Source: Octopus sinensis
Taxonomy: Eukaryota
NCBI RefSeq assembly: GCF_006345805.1
Contig: NW_021832864.1
Coordinates: 1 to 64,000 of the forward strand
Reading direction: 5' to 3'
DNA length: 64,000 bases
Position 1 is the stretch's first letter. Every line of letters begins with the position of its first letter. This document shows, piece by piece, positions 1-11,896 of the stretch. The notes under the pieces are model-generated. The model was not told the origin of the DNA, did no database searches, and saw only the letters and a list, made by a program, of their open reading frames with translations. Both the position numbers and the translations under genes were made by a program.

Positions 1-128
1 GTATGTTATATATATATAATATATATATATATAACGGAAGGTTACGAAAATAAACAAAGATGAAGGCAGGTAGAGTATTAGTAATTACAAATGTATAGTA
101 AGGCGCTCAGGAATAGAAATAGAACAAG

Positions 129-166
129 TCTTTTACGTTTCGAGCCTACTCTCTTCGACAGAAAGA
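129..166 (-). ncRNA. Minimal type I hammerhead ribozyme-like motif (A6U core variant)
   Basis: Minus strand: UCUUU-CUGUCGA-A-GAG(aguagg)CUC-GAAA-CGUA^-AAAGA; 5-bp stem I, palindromic ACGU stem III. Confidence 0.6.
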
Positions 167-333
167 TACACAGAAAAAAAAAAAACAAGGAGAGAAACAA
201 GGAGAGAAAAAAATGCGTGTAGGAGCTAACGATCTATCATGGCAGGGAGAGTTCACGAAGAAAACAAAAGACGAAGACAGGTGGTGTACAAAACAAACAG
301 ATGTATTAGTATAACGCTCAGGAATAGAAAAAG

Positions 334-370
334 TCTTTTACGTTTCGACCCTACGCTCTTCTACAGAAAG
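334..370 (-). ncRNA. Second, more degenerate hammerhead-like motif of the tandem pair
   Basis: Minus strand: CUUU-CUGUAGA-A-GAGCGUAGGGUC-GAAA-CGUA^-AAAG; one stem II mismatch. Confidence 0.5.
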
Positions 371-902
371 GGACAAAGAAAAAAACAAGGAGAGAAAAGA
401 AATGTGTGTAGTGGCTATATATATATATATATATTATATATATATATATATATATGTATATATGCATGAGCGTGTGTGCTTGCGTGCGTGCAGATGTGTG
501 TGTGTGTGGGTGAGGAGGGGGGATGGTCATGATCATTCATACTTCAATACTAGCAGTTCGACAAATATTTATTGCTGACAGATTTGGATTGTTATGACCG
601 ACTATACGATTGAAAGTGGCCATCTGCCCAAAACGGCCGCATTCTGGTGGACTGGCACAACTTCTAGAATTCACATGTGAATACCTAAGTAAACTTATAC
701 ACCAAACACCGAAAAAGCAAGCAACCATTACTCGCTAGCACTGTAGACAGTATAAGACTTGAGACATTAGCTGCTGAATCTGAAATCAATAACAGAGCTT
801 TCAAATAACACATTGCCACTTCAACAGCATCATATTATCTTCCCTTGTTTGGCAATGTTCAGCACTTAACGTATGTGCATATGCATGATGCGAGTGTTAT
901 GT

Positions 903-912
903 GATATATATA

Positions 913-980
<68 letters not shown>

Positions 981-1620
981 ACGTATGTATACGTATGTAT
1001 ATGTATGTATGTATGAATATGTATATATAGTATATGTATGTATACGTATGTATACGTATGTATATGTATGTTGTATGAATATATATATCTATATATATGT
1101 ATGATACGTTTATACGTATGTATATGTATGTATGAATATATTATATATATATATGTATGTATACGTATGTATACGTATGTATGTCTGTATGTATGAATAT
1201 ATATATATATATATATGTATGTATACGTATGTATACGTATGTATATGTATGTATGTATGAATATATATATATATATATATGTATGTATACGTATGTATAC
1301 GTATGTATATGTATGTATGTATGAATATATATCTATATATAGATAATATGTATAGTATGTATACGTATGTATGTATGTATGTATGAATATATATATAATA
1401 TATGTATGTTTTATATAAGTGTATATATATATATATATTCTATATATTATGTATATATATACGTATATATATATATGTATATGTATGTAATATATCTTAT
1501 ATGTATATGGATTGTATATGATATGTGTGTATGTGTGTGTATAAATGTACCCCTGTGTGCGTGTGTGCAGGAGTGCATGCATATGTATACACACACACAC
1601 ACACACACACATATGTATAG
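903..1620. repeat. Compound (TA)n/(TATG)n/(TATACG) microsatellite-minisatellite
   Basis: Directly visible; recurring unit GTATGTATACGTATGTATACGTATGTATATGTATG. Confidence 0.9.
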
Positions 1621-1693
1621 ATATCTCCCTCTTGTTCAATCTTTTTCGTTTTCTCTCTCACCCTGTCTGTCTGTCTGTCTGTCTGTCTGTCCA

Positions 1694-1741
<48 letters not shown>

Positions 1742-2504
1742 TATGAAGGTGTGTAGCTTCGTTGTTAGGGTGCGTTGTGTCCTTCAGCAAGATACTTTAT
1801 TTCAGGTTGCACCAGTCCACTCAGCTGGCAAAAACGAGTTCTACATCTTATTCGAAAGGGCCAGCCTTGTCGCTTTCTGTATCACGCTGAATCTCCTTGA
1901 GAACTACGTTAATTAAGGGTAAACGTGTCTGCGGAGTGCTCAGCCACTTGCACGTTAATTTCACAAGCAACCTTTCGCTTGATCGGGTCAACTACAATAC
2001 ACGTCGTCGTCGTAACCGACGGAGAGCCAGTGTTGTATATGTATGTTTATAGACACATGTATGTATACACACACGCACACGCACGCGCACACATATACAC
2101 AACACATATATGTTTCTATGTGTGTTTGTGTGTGTGTACTCATCCATTTTGAGACCACGAACTCATGAGTTTTGTTCGGTTATATCGATGACAGCATTTT
2201 GGTATTTAGTCTTTTCGACGGCGCGCGAGTGCAAAGGTAAGCCGGCTTTGCTTGATATTAAGGGGCATTACCGGAACAGTCCTCAATGCACGGGTTTTGT
2301 AAATCTCACGCCGATAAAAAAACACGTACAAGCAGACATACACACAGGCACTCATATGTGCACTCATATTTCCGATCATGGCTTAACTTCGAAGTCACTA
2401 TCAATACTATCGTGGTTAAAGAAAAATATATATATAACACTGTATAATATATTTATGTATATATATAAATATATTTATATATGTCGGTATATATATATAT
2501 ATAT

Positions 2505-2675
2505 GTAGGTCCCGGGTTGAGTCGGGGTTAACCACAGTAAATAAGGTACTCAATACATAGCCAGAGAAATAATTTATTTTATAGAAGGAGCTTCTACAGG
2601 ACTAGAACTGTTTCATTCAAAGAAATCACCAGGAAGCTTCCTGGTGATTTCTTTTGAATGAAACAGTTCTAGTCC
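2505..2675. mobile_element. Fold-back non-autonomous element in (TA)n, probably Penelope-like with inverted pLTR
   Basis: Starts GTAGGTCCCGGGTTGA like the copy at 15748; ends in a near-perfect palindrome 2599-2675 centred on AAGCTT. Confidence 0.6.
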
Positions 2676-3300
2676 AGCTATAAAATATATATATAGATAT
2701 ATATATATATATATGTCCGTATATATATATATATCTATATATATTATATGTTTGTGATTGTTTAACAGTGTAAAACATCAAGTGTTGAGTGATGTCCCTT
2801 GAGGTAAAATTAAACTACAAGTTAGTGATTCGACAAGTAGATCGATAAAATTAGTACCTCGCTAAACTAAGATATAGATTGGGTCGATATAATTGATTAA
2901 AACCCTTGAAGGCCGTGCCTTGGCATGGATGCTAGAAACAGAATAAAATATGATATGTGTGTGTGTGTGTGTGTGTGCATGTATGTATATATATATGTAT
3001 GTATACATGTATATGTGTGTATGAATATGTGTGTGTATATATATATGTATATATAATATACATATATAACTATATATATGTACATATATATATAACTATA
3101 TATATACACACCAGACACATCATATGATATCTATGTATGTAATTATATGTACTATATATATATGTGCATATAATATATATATATATGTAATATATATATA
3201 TATATAATATATATATATATACGTACATACATATTGACTAGTTCTTTCCTTCATATGCAAATACACACACGCACACATGGATATTATATATATATATTAT

Positions 3301-3366
<66 letters not shown>

Positions 3367-3769
3367 GTTTGTATATGTGTCTTTAGCATATTTACAATTG
3401 GGGAAACAACTAGTCAATGCGTGTAGTAGTGTTTATTTACCTACTTTGAATCTGCGACTTGGAAATGGGGAACTCAGACGAGACGTCCGATAAATATAGA
3501 AATGATTTCATACCCACACACTCACACTCATACACGCATACTTACATATATATATATAAGTATATGCACATATTTTTATACATCTTTTTATACATATTTT
3601 TTATACATATTTTTATAATTCTAATATAATTATATTATATTATATTATTCATATCATATGTAAAAGGAAATGATCAGCGAATAGAAGCCCGGTCAGACTG
3701 CTCCTCTAATTCGTGGTAGCCAGTAAAAACACAAATCCGTATACCGAAATAGGCACGAGGAAGCTCGCA

Positions 3770-3771
3770 CG

Positions 3772-3823
<52 letters not shown>

Positions 3824-3988
3824 ACACACAGACACACACACAGACACACACACGCACACAAACACACATACTCACACACACACACAGACACATACACACA
3901 CACACACTACAAACCCAGAGAGGAGTACACACGTACACACATATGCACACATACATACACATACAGGAACATGCGCTCGCATACTCAT

Positions 3989-4019
<31 letters not shown>

Positions 4020-4146
4020 ACACACACACACACACACAACACACACACAGACACATACACACACACACCACAAACCCAGAGAGGAGTACACACGTATACA
4101 CATATGCACACATGCATACACATACAGGCACATACGCTCGGATACT

Positions 4147-4197
<51 letters not shown>

Positions 4198-4290
4198 CAA
4201 ACCCAGAGAGGAGTACACACGTACACACATATGCACACATACACATACAGGCACATGCGCTCGCATATTCATACACTCACATACACACAG
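3770..4290. repeat. (CA)n-based minisatellite with three copies of CAAACCCAGAGAGGAGTACACACGTA
   Basis: Copies near 3910, 4070 and 4198 separated by CA tracts. Confidence 0.85.
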
Positions 4291-4804
4291 ACATATATAT
4301 AATGTGTGTGTGTATTTGTGCCTGTGTGGTCTGTGTTCGTGTGTACGTACTTGTGTATATAGAAGAGAATATAAGAGAACACAGCCTAATATAATCAATA
4401 TGGTATATGTTTGTAAAGAAAATACATCAATACAAGCCTTTTAAAGTGAAAAAAAAAATCAATCAATATATAATATGCTCGTTGTGATAATCGATACACA
4501 CTGGTCTTAAGTATTCGTATTGCACAATGTTTCACGCCTGAATTCGATAAAATACTTGAAATGTGGCTGTGTGATATTTGATAATTTCAACCAGGGAGTT
4601 AACAGACGAATGATTAGATGATATATAGGTTAATAAATGTACATTTAGTTTCGGCGCTTCCCGGCAAGTCCCGAGGTCGATTTCTGGATTGACGAATATC
4701 TCTTGATACGTTAGTTATTAGTTATTGCTTCTGGTTTAGGAACAAGGCAAGCTGTTTCGGGCAGAGTGGGACTAGTTAGTATCATCGACACCTAGTTATT
4801 GAAA

Positions 4805-5283
4805 GGAGGCACATGGCCTAGTGGTTAGAGTAGCGGAATCGCGGTCGAGGGATCACGGGTTCGAATCTCAGACCGTGTGATATGTGTGTTTCAAGCGGCT
4901 CCGGCAGAAGGTTATGGCGAACTTCTGCTGACTCTTTCGCCACAACTTTGTCGGAGCACTGCATCCTTCAAAATTTCCATGCTTCCGGAGACTCGCCAAC
5001 ACTACACCCGATTTTCTCCCCTCCATACACACGCAAGCACGTATCTGACTCATACACTGTTCACTTCCCAGACATTTGTACATTACTGCATATGCTTTAT
5101 ACACACTTTTGACAAGTTGTGGTGCACCTGAGCACTGTATACAATAATTTCATTATCATTATTATTATAATTTTCTCTCACTCTTTCCTCCTGCATCTTG
5201 CAGCTCACCTGCGACGGACCGGCGTCCCGTCCAGGTGGGGAACCTATACGCCAGGCATGGCTCGAGAAGGAACAAACAAACAA
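4805..5283 (+). mobile_element. tRNA-derived SINE (family C) with an internal insertion
   Basis: A box TGGCCTAGTGG, B box GGTTCGAATCT, CCTGCGACGGACCGGCGTCCCGTCCAGG block, (AAAC)n tail; TSD TAGTTATTGAAAGG at 4793-4806 and 5284-5297; about 200 extra bp (~4960-5170) relative to the copy at 21402. Confidence 0.85.
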
Positions 5284-5641
5284 TAGTTATTGAAAGGTAC
5301 TTTATTTTCTCAATCCATGAAAGGCAAAGTTAACACTCTGCCGGTACTTTAACTCAGGAAGTAAAGAAACTGGTTTCGCAATCACATGGTTTCAGGGTCA
5401 GTCTCACGTCCTCTCTAACAAACCCTACATGAAAATGGAAGTCTTGAACGACAATACAGCAACTAGAGAATGCAGCGAATAATTCCCGTTTCAATTATAA
5501 CTATTTTTTTTTGGTGCCATAGTAATTCTATGTTTAAAAACTATATATTAGCAACAGAGGCAATATTAATACCGAGAGGTAATATTTATCCCCACTTAAA
5601 CGTAGATGTTCCATTAGAACAAACTATATTGCTGTAGATAG

Positions 5642-5870
5642 AGGAGGCGCGTGGCTTAGTGGTTAGGGTGACAGCATCATGATCATAAGATTGTGGTTTT
5701 GATTCCTGGACCGGGCGACGCGTTGTGCTCTTGAGCAAAACACTTCATTTCACGTTGCTCCAGTCCACTCAGCTGGCAAAAATGAGTAACGCTGGGGAAC
5801 ACATACGCCATAGAAACCGGGAAACCGGGCCCATGAGTCTGGCTAGGCTTTAAAAGGGCGCATTTATTAT
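5642..5870 (+). mobile_element. tRNA-derived SINE (family C-related subfamily)
   Basis: GGAGGCGCGTGGCTTAGTGGTTAGG head, CTTGAGCAAAACACTT, GAAACCGGGAAACCGGGCCCATGAG 3' part shared with other copies. Confidence 0.75.
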
Positions 5871-5978
5871 TTATTTTATACTGCAGTAGACAACGTGAGA
5901 GAAACTATCACATTAGCTTTTGGTGCAAAGTGCACTTTTGCTTGTATCGCTGGCGGGGAAATATCTCCAACATCGAGA

Positions 5979-6024
5979 CCACAGATCACGTGATTTCGGC
6001 CTTCCCTGGTCTTATCAGTGATGG
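5979..6024 (-). ncRNA. Degenerate hammerhead-like motif
   Basis: Minus strand: CCAUCA-CUGAUAA-GACC(agggaa)GGCC-GAAA-UCACGUGA-UC^-UGUGG; G8A change and imperfect stems suggest it is inactive. Confidence 0.4.
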
Positions 6025-6873
6025 CGTGCTCGACTGCTAGACATAACAGCGACTCATTTCACCGCCAGCGGTATATAGAAAAACAGTGCCAAAACAGGAG
6101 CTGGGTCAATTGGGCACTGTCTGTGAGAAAAACAGCACAATGATGCAATTCACTCTACCAGAAATTTGGAAACGACATGGTGTACTGCTTGGCATTAGCA
6201 CCCAAAGCTCCAGTATGAACATTTCAGAATGTTTGGGTGTCAATCTGAGGACATGTACCGAGTGATAAAAATCAAAAATCCGATCAACAATATGGTGATT
6301 GGAGTGATCACTAATGATGGCGCCCTTATACCTACATTCATCTTCCCACACAGCCTCTGACTCAACACGGAGGTCTACATCAAGTGCCTGGAGGAGGTAA
6401 TGCAGCCCTGGGTCAAGAGGGTGGCTGTTGGAAGACCCTATTTCTGGCAACAGGATTCTGCACCATGCCACAGAAGCAGGAGAATCCAGTCATGGCTGTC
6501 AGACAATTTCTGCGACCACATCACCCCTAACATCTGGCCACCTAATTCCCCAGACTGCAACTCACTTGATTATTATGTGTAGGGCGCAGTTGAGCGAGAG
6601 ACCCACAAAACTCCTTGTAACAGCAAAGATGAACTGAAGGCAAGGATTATGGCAGCATTCACCAACTTAAATGAGGAGACTGTCCAGAAGAGATGCAGTA
6701 GATGCCGAAGTCGTCTGGAGACCGTGGTTGAAGCCTATGGTGATTTTATAGAATAAATTTACTCTTTAGTATGTCAAGATATTTTTATGTAATTTTGGTA
6801 AATATATCTGTTAAAATGAAATGGCAGTGTAATTTTCATTTTTGCATGATTTAGACGACAATTTATTCACCGC

Positions 6874-6880
<7 letters not shown>
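6025..6880 (+). mobile_element. Internally deleted Tc1/mariner DD37D (maT-type) transposon pseudogene
   Basis: WQQDSAPCH...WPPNSPDCNSLDYYV with 37 residues between the last two Asp; N-terminus MMQFTLPEIWKRH near 6140; stops and frameshifts; probable 3' end ...TTCACCGCACCC followed by TA. Confidence 0.85.
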
Positions 6881-6912
<32 letters not shown>

Positions 6913-7019
6913 TTTTATTTGTCTTAGTCATTTGACTGCGGCCATGCTGATATATATAGATATATACACACATACACACACGTTAAATTACGAATTAAAA
7001 GCAGCTCTAGTAATGCAAA

Positions 7020-7454
7020 CATTATCGGTCGCACATACGCAGTGCATATGTTTTGCGTATATGCCATATTTGCTGCAGGATAACGTCCAGGTAAAGCACT
7101 CTCTACGCAGCCAAGTGTTAAAGAATACCGAATCTCCCAGACCAGGTGAAACAACTCGCCTTGTGTGACCGAGAATGCCAGATACACATTTTTTGCCATG
7201 TATTATGGTTTATCAACACCATGTATTCGGATAGTCTCGAAGCGAAGTGAATCGTTCGTCTGTGGTTTATATGCAAATAGAGTGAAGCCTGTTTGCTGAT
7301 TGCGTGCGGCGTAGCCCATGGGAAAAAGAAAATTAAATTACAAATTAAATGCATTTTCTTTCACATGTGCTACGCTGCAGCAAATCAGCAAATAGTTTTC
7401 ACTCTATTCTGGCATATGTACAAAACACATACTACATATGTGCGACCGATAATG
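7020..7454. mobile_element. MITE-like element with ~45-bp imperfect terminal inverted repeats
   Basis: CATTATCGGTCGCACATA...ATATGCCA (7020-7066) is the reverse complement of TGGCATAT...TATGTGCGACCGATAATG (7410-7454). Confidence 0.65.
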
Positions 7455-7471
7455 CATAAGTGTGTGTGTGC

Positions 7472-7509
<38 letters not shown>

Positions 7510-7657
7510 GTTATACATATACGTATATGTATATATGTATATGTATACGTATACATATGCATACATATGCATGTATGTATATATATATGTACATATACTA
7601 TACATACATATGCATACATATATGCATATATATATATACGTACATATATACATACAA

Positions 7658-7690
<33 letters not shown>

Positions 7691-7855
7691 TACACACATA
7701 TATAACATATAATTGCCAGCCAAGTGTGGCGTTCTATACAGGACAATGCTACTGACGTTTATAGCCCCAGGAAGACATCTCCTCCAGCTGGCTAACGAGA
7801 CACATGCTATAACCGCGAGAGGAGGTCATTGCTCGCATCTCTTGTCTTACGTAAT

Positions 7856-7902
7856 ACACACGGACTCGAGTTTCTGGGTGGTTACCCGTCCTCAGCGTGT
7901 GT
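7856..7902 (-). ncRNA. Type I hammerhead ribozyme with canonical core
   Basis: Minus strand: ACACACG-CUGAGGA-C-GGGU(aacc)ACCC-A-GAAA-CUCGAG-UC^-CGUGUGU; 7-bp stem I, 4-bp stem II, palindromic stem III, GUC cleavage triplet. Confidence 0.8.
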
Positions 7903-8290
7903 TAATCACAAGCTAGTGATGAAAACTCATTCGACTCGCAAAATACTGTATGCTTTTTCTAGCGACAAACTGTCGCTGGTCTCCAAAAAGGAGGAAACGA
8001 GACTTCGTTTCTCATTGTTTCAGCCTACTCAGCGATAAAATGGCTAGCTTTGCGACGGATTGACGTCCCGTTCAGCAATCTTAGAATCTTAGCCCGTCCA
8101 ACCAACAGGCTGACATCGTACGAAAGCTACGGCTATACGAAGAAGCGCATTTTGACTAACGATGTATAAAAGCATCTGATAGTCTGGTCAAAACAATGAT
8201 ACAGAGATATAAGTATACATGCATGTATAGAAGCGCGCGCATACACACACACATGCGCACACAAATCTGGTTGGACTAGAACGTTAGGTC

Positions 8291-8807
8291 TCTTCTGTGG
8301 CTAACCTTTAAAATTCTTTCTAATTTTGGCACTAGACTATCAATTTTGAGGAGAGGAGGTAAGCAAGTAGATTACACTGGCTCCAGTATGGACTCGTATT
8401 TTATTTTATCGAGGCGTCGAGCTGGCAGAAACGTTAGCACGCCGGGCGAAATGCTTAGCAGTATTCCGTCTGCCGTTACGTTCTGAGTTCAAATTCCGCC
8501 GAGGTCGGCTTTGCCTTTCATCCTTTCGGGGTCGATTAAATAAGTACCAGTTATGCACTGGGGTCGATTTAATCGACTTAATCCGTTTGTCTGTCTGTGT
8601 TTGTCTCCTCTCTGTGTTTAGCCCCTTGTGGGTAGTAAAGAAATAGGTATTTTATTGACCACGAAAAGGATGGAAGACAAAGTAGACCTATATGTCATTT
8701 GAACTCAGGACCAAAAGAGCCGAAAGCTATGCCACTAAGTATTTCGTCCAAAGCGCTAACGAGTCTACCAACACATTGCACTTTGGCTATCCTGTAAAAC
8801 AAAGCGG
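8291..8807 (+). repeat. Local duplication copy 1 (paralog 11347-11616), interrupted by a SINE
   Basis: Shared GAGAGGAGGTAAGCAAGTAGATTACACTGGCTCCAGTATGGA and GACCACGAAAAGGATGGAAGACAAAGTAGACCT blocks. Confidence 0.85.
8413..8647 (+). mobile_element. tRNA-derived SINE (family A, Deu/Nin-domain-like centre)
   Basis: GGCG.CGAGCTGGCAGAAACGTTAGC head, GAGTTCAAATTCC B box, GCCTTTCATCCTTTCGGGGTCGAT..AAGTACC centre, ends AAAGAAATAGG; absent from the paralogous site at 11451-11470. Confidence 0.9.
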
Positions 8808-9599
8808 ATTACATATTAAATTCGACTCTACTTGTAGTATTGAGTCTGCTCATCAATACGTGTTCTGTTGTGATTCTTCTTAAAATTGATTTGTGTGCGC
8901 GTGTGCGTGTATGTGTTTGTGTAAGAATGTCTGTCCTTTATCGACGGCATATTTCAATGTTTACCTCAAACAGATTCTTTTTGAGGTTATTCAAATATCG
9001 CTTTAGCGTTTGTTGCTGTCGATTTGTATTTACATTTCAGGGCCACTGTCGGGGTTGAGGTCTGTTTCAGTTCTTGCTTGAGGTGGCACTGCAACGATAA
9101 TACGGCTTTACTTTTATTGTCTGCTCCGTAATTACTTTCCTCTTTTAGCTTACTTTGATAATTTCTTCTAAATATTATTGATTTAACAATTTTATTTTTG
9201 TTTTATTGATCTCTCTTTTATCTATCTCTGTGTACACGTACACACCAACCCACACACACACACAACATACATGAATATATACATGAATATATACATACAT
9301 ACACGCACACTCACATATATTTGTGTGTGTTTGTGTTTGTGTGAGAGAGAGAGAATTTTCGCGTTTGTGTGGGCGTATGTCCAACTTATCTTTGCTCTTT
9401 TGTATTCACTTATCGCCTGCCTCTCCGCTGCTGCCACAACATCGGATCTTTGTGGTTTGCTATCCTGACCCTTTTGTTGTTTCTCGTTGAAACTTGGCTA
9501 CTTTTAGTGCTTCTCTTTCCCTTTTTTTTTCTGCTTCCTTTTTATCGCTATCTATTTCTCACTTATTTACTCTTTCTTATCACTTAACTCTTCTTCTTT

Positions 9600-9662
<63 letters not shown>

Positions 9663-10077
9663 ATTTGCACATACGTTTGTACACTACTTCCTTTCTCCTT
9701 TTCTCATTAGTAGCTAATGACAAATTAGCAAAAGACTTGATTCATGTAGATTTGCTGTTGATTGTGATCTGCGTGTCTGTTAATCACGTAATAAATGAGC
9801 TGACTTTAATTAATTTAAGTGGGAAAACAAATTTATTGGATACGAGCTTAAATTATAGCCCAAGGCATTTTCTCTTTTAACAAGAAATTGGTTACAAATG
9901 ATGTTTGTATCAATAACGCTGCAGAGAAAGCGACCTGCTACTCGTAGACATTCACATATGGGATTTACTGCAATCAAATAAATTCCATCATATAAGCGTT
10001 CAGATCCTTGAAGAGTGAAAAAAGATCGTACACCAAACAGTTTCCATTTGTCAAACAGGTCCAGACAGATGAAGATC

Positions 10078-10285
10078 TCTTTACTCTCTTTTCTCTTTTA
10101 CTTGTTTCAGTCATTTGACTGCGGCCATGCTGGAGCACCGCCTTTAGTCGAGCAAATCGACCCCGGGACTTATTCTTATACTGTAAGCCCAGTACTTATT
10201 CTATCGGTCTCTTTTGCCGAACCGCTAAGTAACGGGGACTTAAACACACCAGCATCGGTTGTCAAGCAATGCTAGGGGGACAAAC

Positions 10286-10333
<48 letters not shown>

Positions 10334-10518
10334 TAATATATATATATATACGACAGGCTTCTTTCAGTTTCCGTCTACCAAATCCACTCACAAGGCATTG
10401 GTCGGCCCGGGGCTATAGCAGAAGACACTTGCCCAAGATGCTACGCAGTGGGACTGAACCCGGAGAAACCATGTGGTTGGTTAGCAAGCTACTTACCACA
10501 CAGCCACTCCTGCGCCTA
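10078..10518 (-). mobile_element. tRNA-derived CORE-type SINE (family B), full length
   Basis: Minus strand TAGGCGCAGGAGTGGCTGTGTGG head, CTTGGGCAAGTG core, internal microsatellite, GGCGGTGCTCCAGCATGGCCGCAGTCAAATGACTGAAAC tail. Confidence 0.9.
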
Positions 10519-10744
10519 TTCCTCTTACTAAAAAGATGGCTATTCCTCTTACTAAAATTTAGGTGAACAACAATAAATCGACAGATGATGGATAATTCTC
10601 TGCTGCATAATCCTTACTGAAACGTTTAATACACAAATCAGGTTTGATTTCTTCAATTCAATGAAGCCTATCAAATATGCCTGTAAATATGTCTGTAAAT
10701 ATGCATTTTTAGTTCTTGATTTTGTCGACTACATATTATAGTAG

Positions 10745-10842
10745 GGACAATTGGGCACCGTCTATGAGAAAAAACAGCACAATCACGCAATTCACTCTGC
10801 CAGAAATTTGGAAACGACATGCTGTATTTCTTGGCATTCGTA
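10745..10842 (+). mobile_element. 5' fragment of the same maT-type transposon as 6025-6880
   Basis: CAATTGGGCAC..GAGAAAAA.CAGCACAAT..GCAATTCACTCT.CCAGAAATTTGGAAACGACATG matches 6107-6200. Confidence 0.75.
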
Positions 10843-10875
10843 CCCAATGAAATATTTGCTCTTACGCAGTAAAAC

Positions 10876-10908
<33 letters not shown>

Positions 10909-10936
10909 TGTATGTATGTATGTATGTATGTATGTA

Positions 10937-10998
<62 letters not shown>

Positions 10999-11346
10999 TG
11001 TGTATGTGTGTGTGTGTGTGTGTGTGTGTTCTGAGTTCAAATTCCGCTCAGGTTGACTTTACCTTTAATCCTTTCTGGGTCGATAAAATAAGTACCAGGA
11101 CGAAGGCAAGCAATCGAGTTGTTTGGAGTAAGGTCGTTACCTGTTGTACTGACTGCACTTAGAGCTAAGGGTTTCTAGAATAACTTCAGTTCTTGATTTT
11201 AACATCATCGCCAAGATCGGGTCATTGGGTGACTTCAACAGGGATCACACTTTGTTGCTAGCAGCACTTAGATCAGGATTGATACATAGTTTCTATCCTT
11301 TATACATTCTCAAAGAACCTACAAATATGTCACATGGGTTCCCTAT

Positions 11347-11616
11347 TCTTCTGTGACTAACCTGTAAAATTCCTTCTAATTTTGGATCTAGACTAGCAAT
11401 TTCGATGAGAGGAGGTAAGCAAGTAGATTACACTGGCTCCAGTATGGATTGGTATTTTATTTTATCGACCACGAAAAGGATGGAAGACAAAGTAGACCTC
11501 TATGTCATTTGAACTCAGGACCAAAAGAGCCGAAATCTATGCCACTAAGTATTTCGTGCAAAGCGCTAACGAGTCTGCCAACTCATTGCACTTTGACGAC
11601 CCTATAAAATAAACCG
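11347..11616 (+). repeat. Local duplication copy 2 (SINE-empty version of 8291-8807)
   Basis: Colinear with 8291-8412 plus 8656-8807. Confidence 0.85.
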
Positions 11617-11896
11617 TCGTAACTAATGAAAATCCGTTGATCGAAACAATAATGAAATATTTAGAATTTTAATGTATTAAGTTATGAATAAGATGAACTT
11701 GTCATTAATGATAAGTATATTTGACTGAATGAAAAATAGATAAGGTGAAGAATATACACGGTGAAAATTATTGACAAAACTCCCGGGTGAAATTCGAACT
11801 GAAACGAAGAATTTGGTCAAACTAGAAATATTTAGCTAAAATTCTAAAGAAAAATTCAACAAACCAAGAATATGAATTCACATTTATTCCAGTAAT

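Larger units (their letters stand above)
33..417 (-). mobile_element. Penelope-like (pLTR/retrozyme-like) tandem repeat, two ~205-nt units, in (TA)n
   Basis: Two similar units sharing GAAAA..AAA.GA.GAAG.CAGGT, CGCTCAGGAATAGAAA, AAGTCTTTTACGTTTCGA and AAACAAGGAGAGAAAA; each has a minus-strand hammerhead-like motif; (TA)n on both sides. Confidence 0.7.

Noticed and set aside
866-1756. Long YI/HT/VC-repeat ORFs here and throughout the ORF track
   Set aside because: Translations of TA, CA and TATG microsatellites that lack stop codons by composition
7712-7850. HDV-like ribozyme fragments (GCCAGC...GCTGGCTAA; ACC-TCCTCTCGC-GGT)
   Set aside because: Could not assemble P1, P2 and P1.1 on either strand
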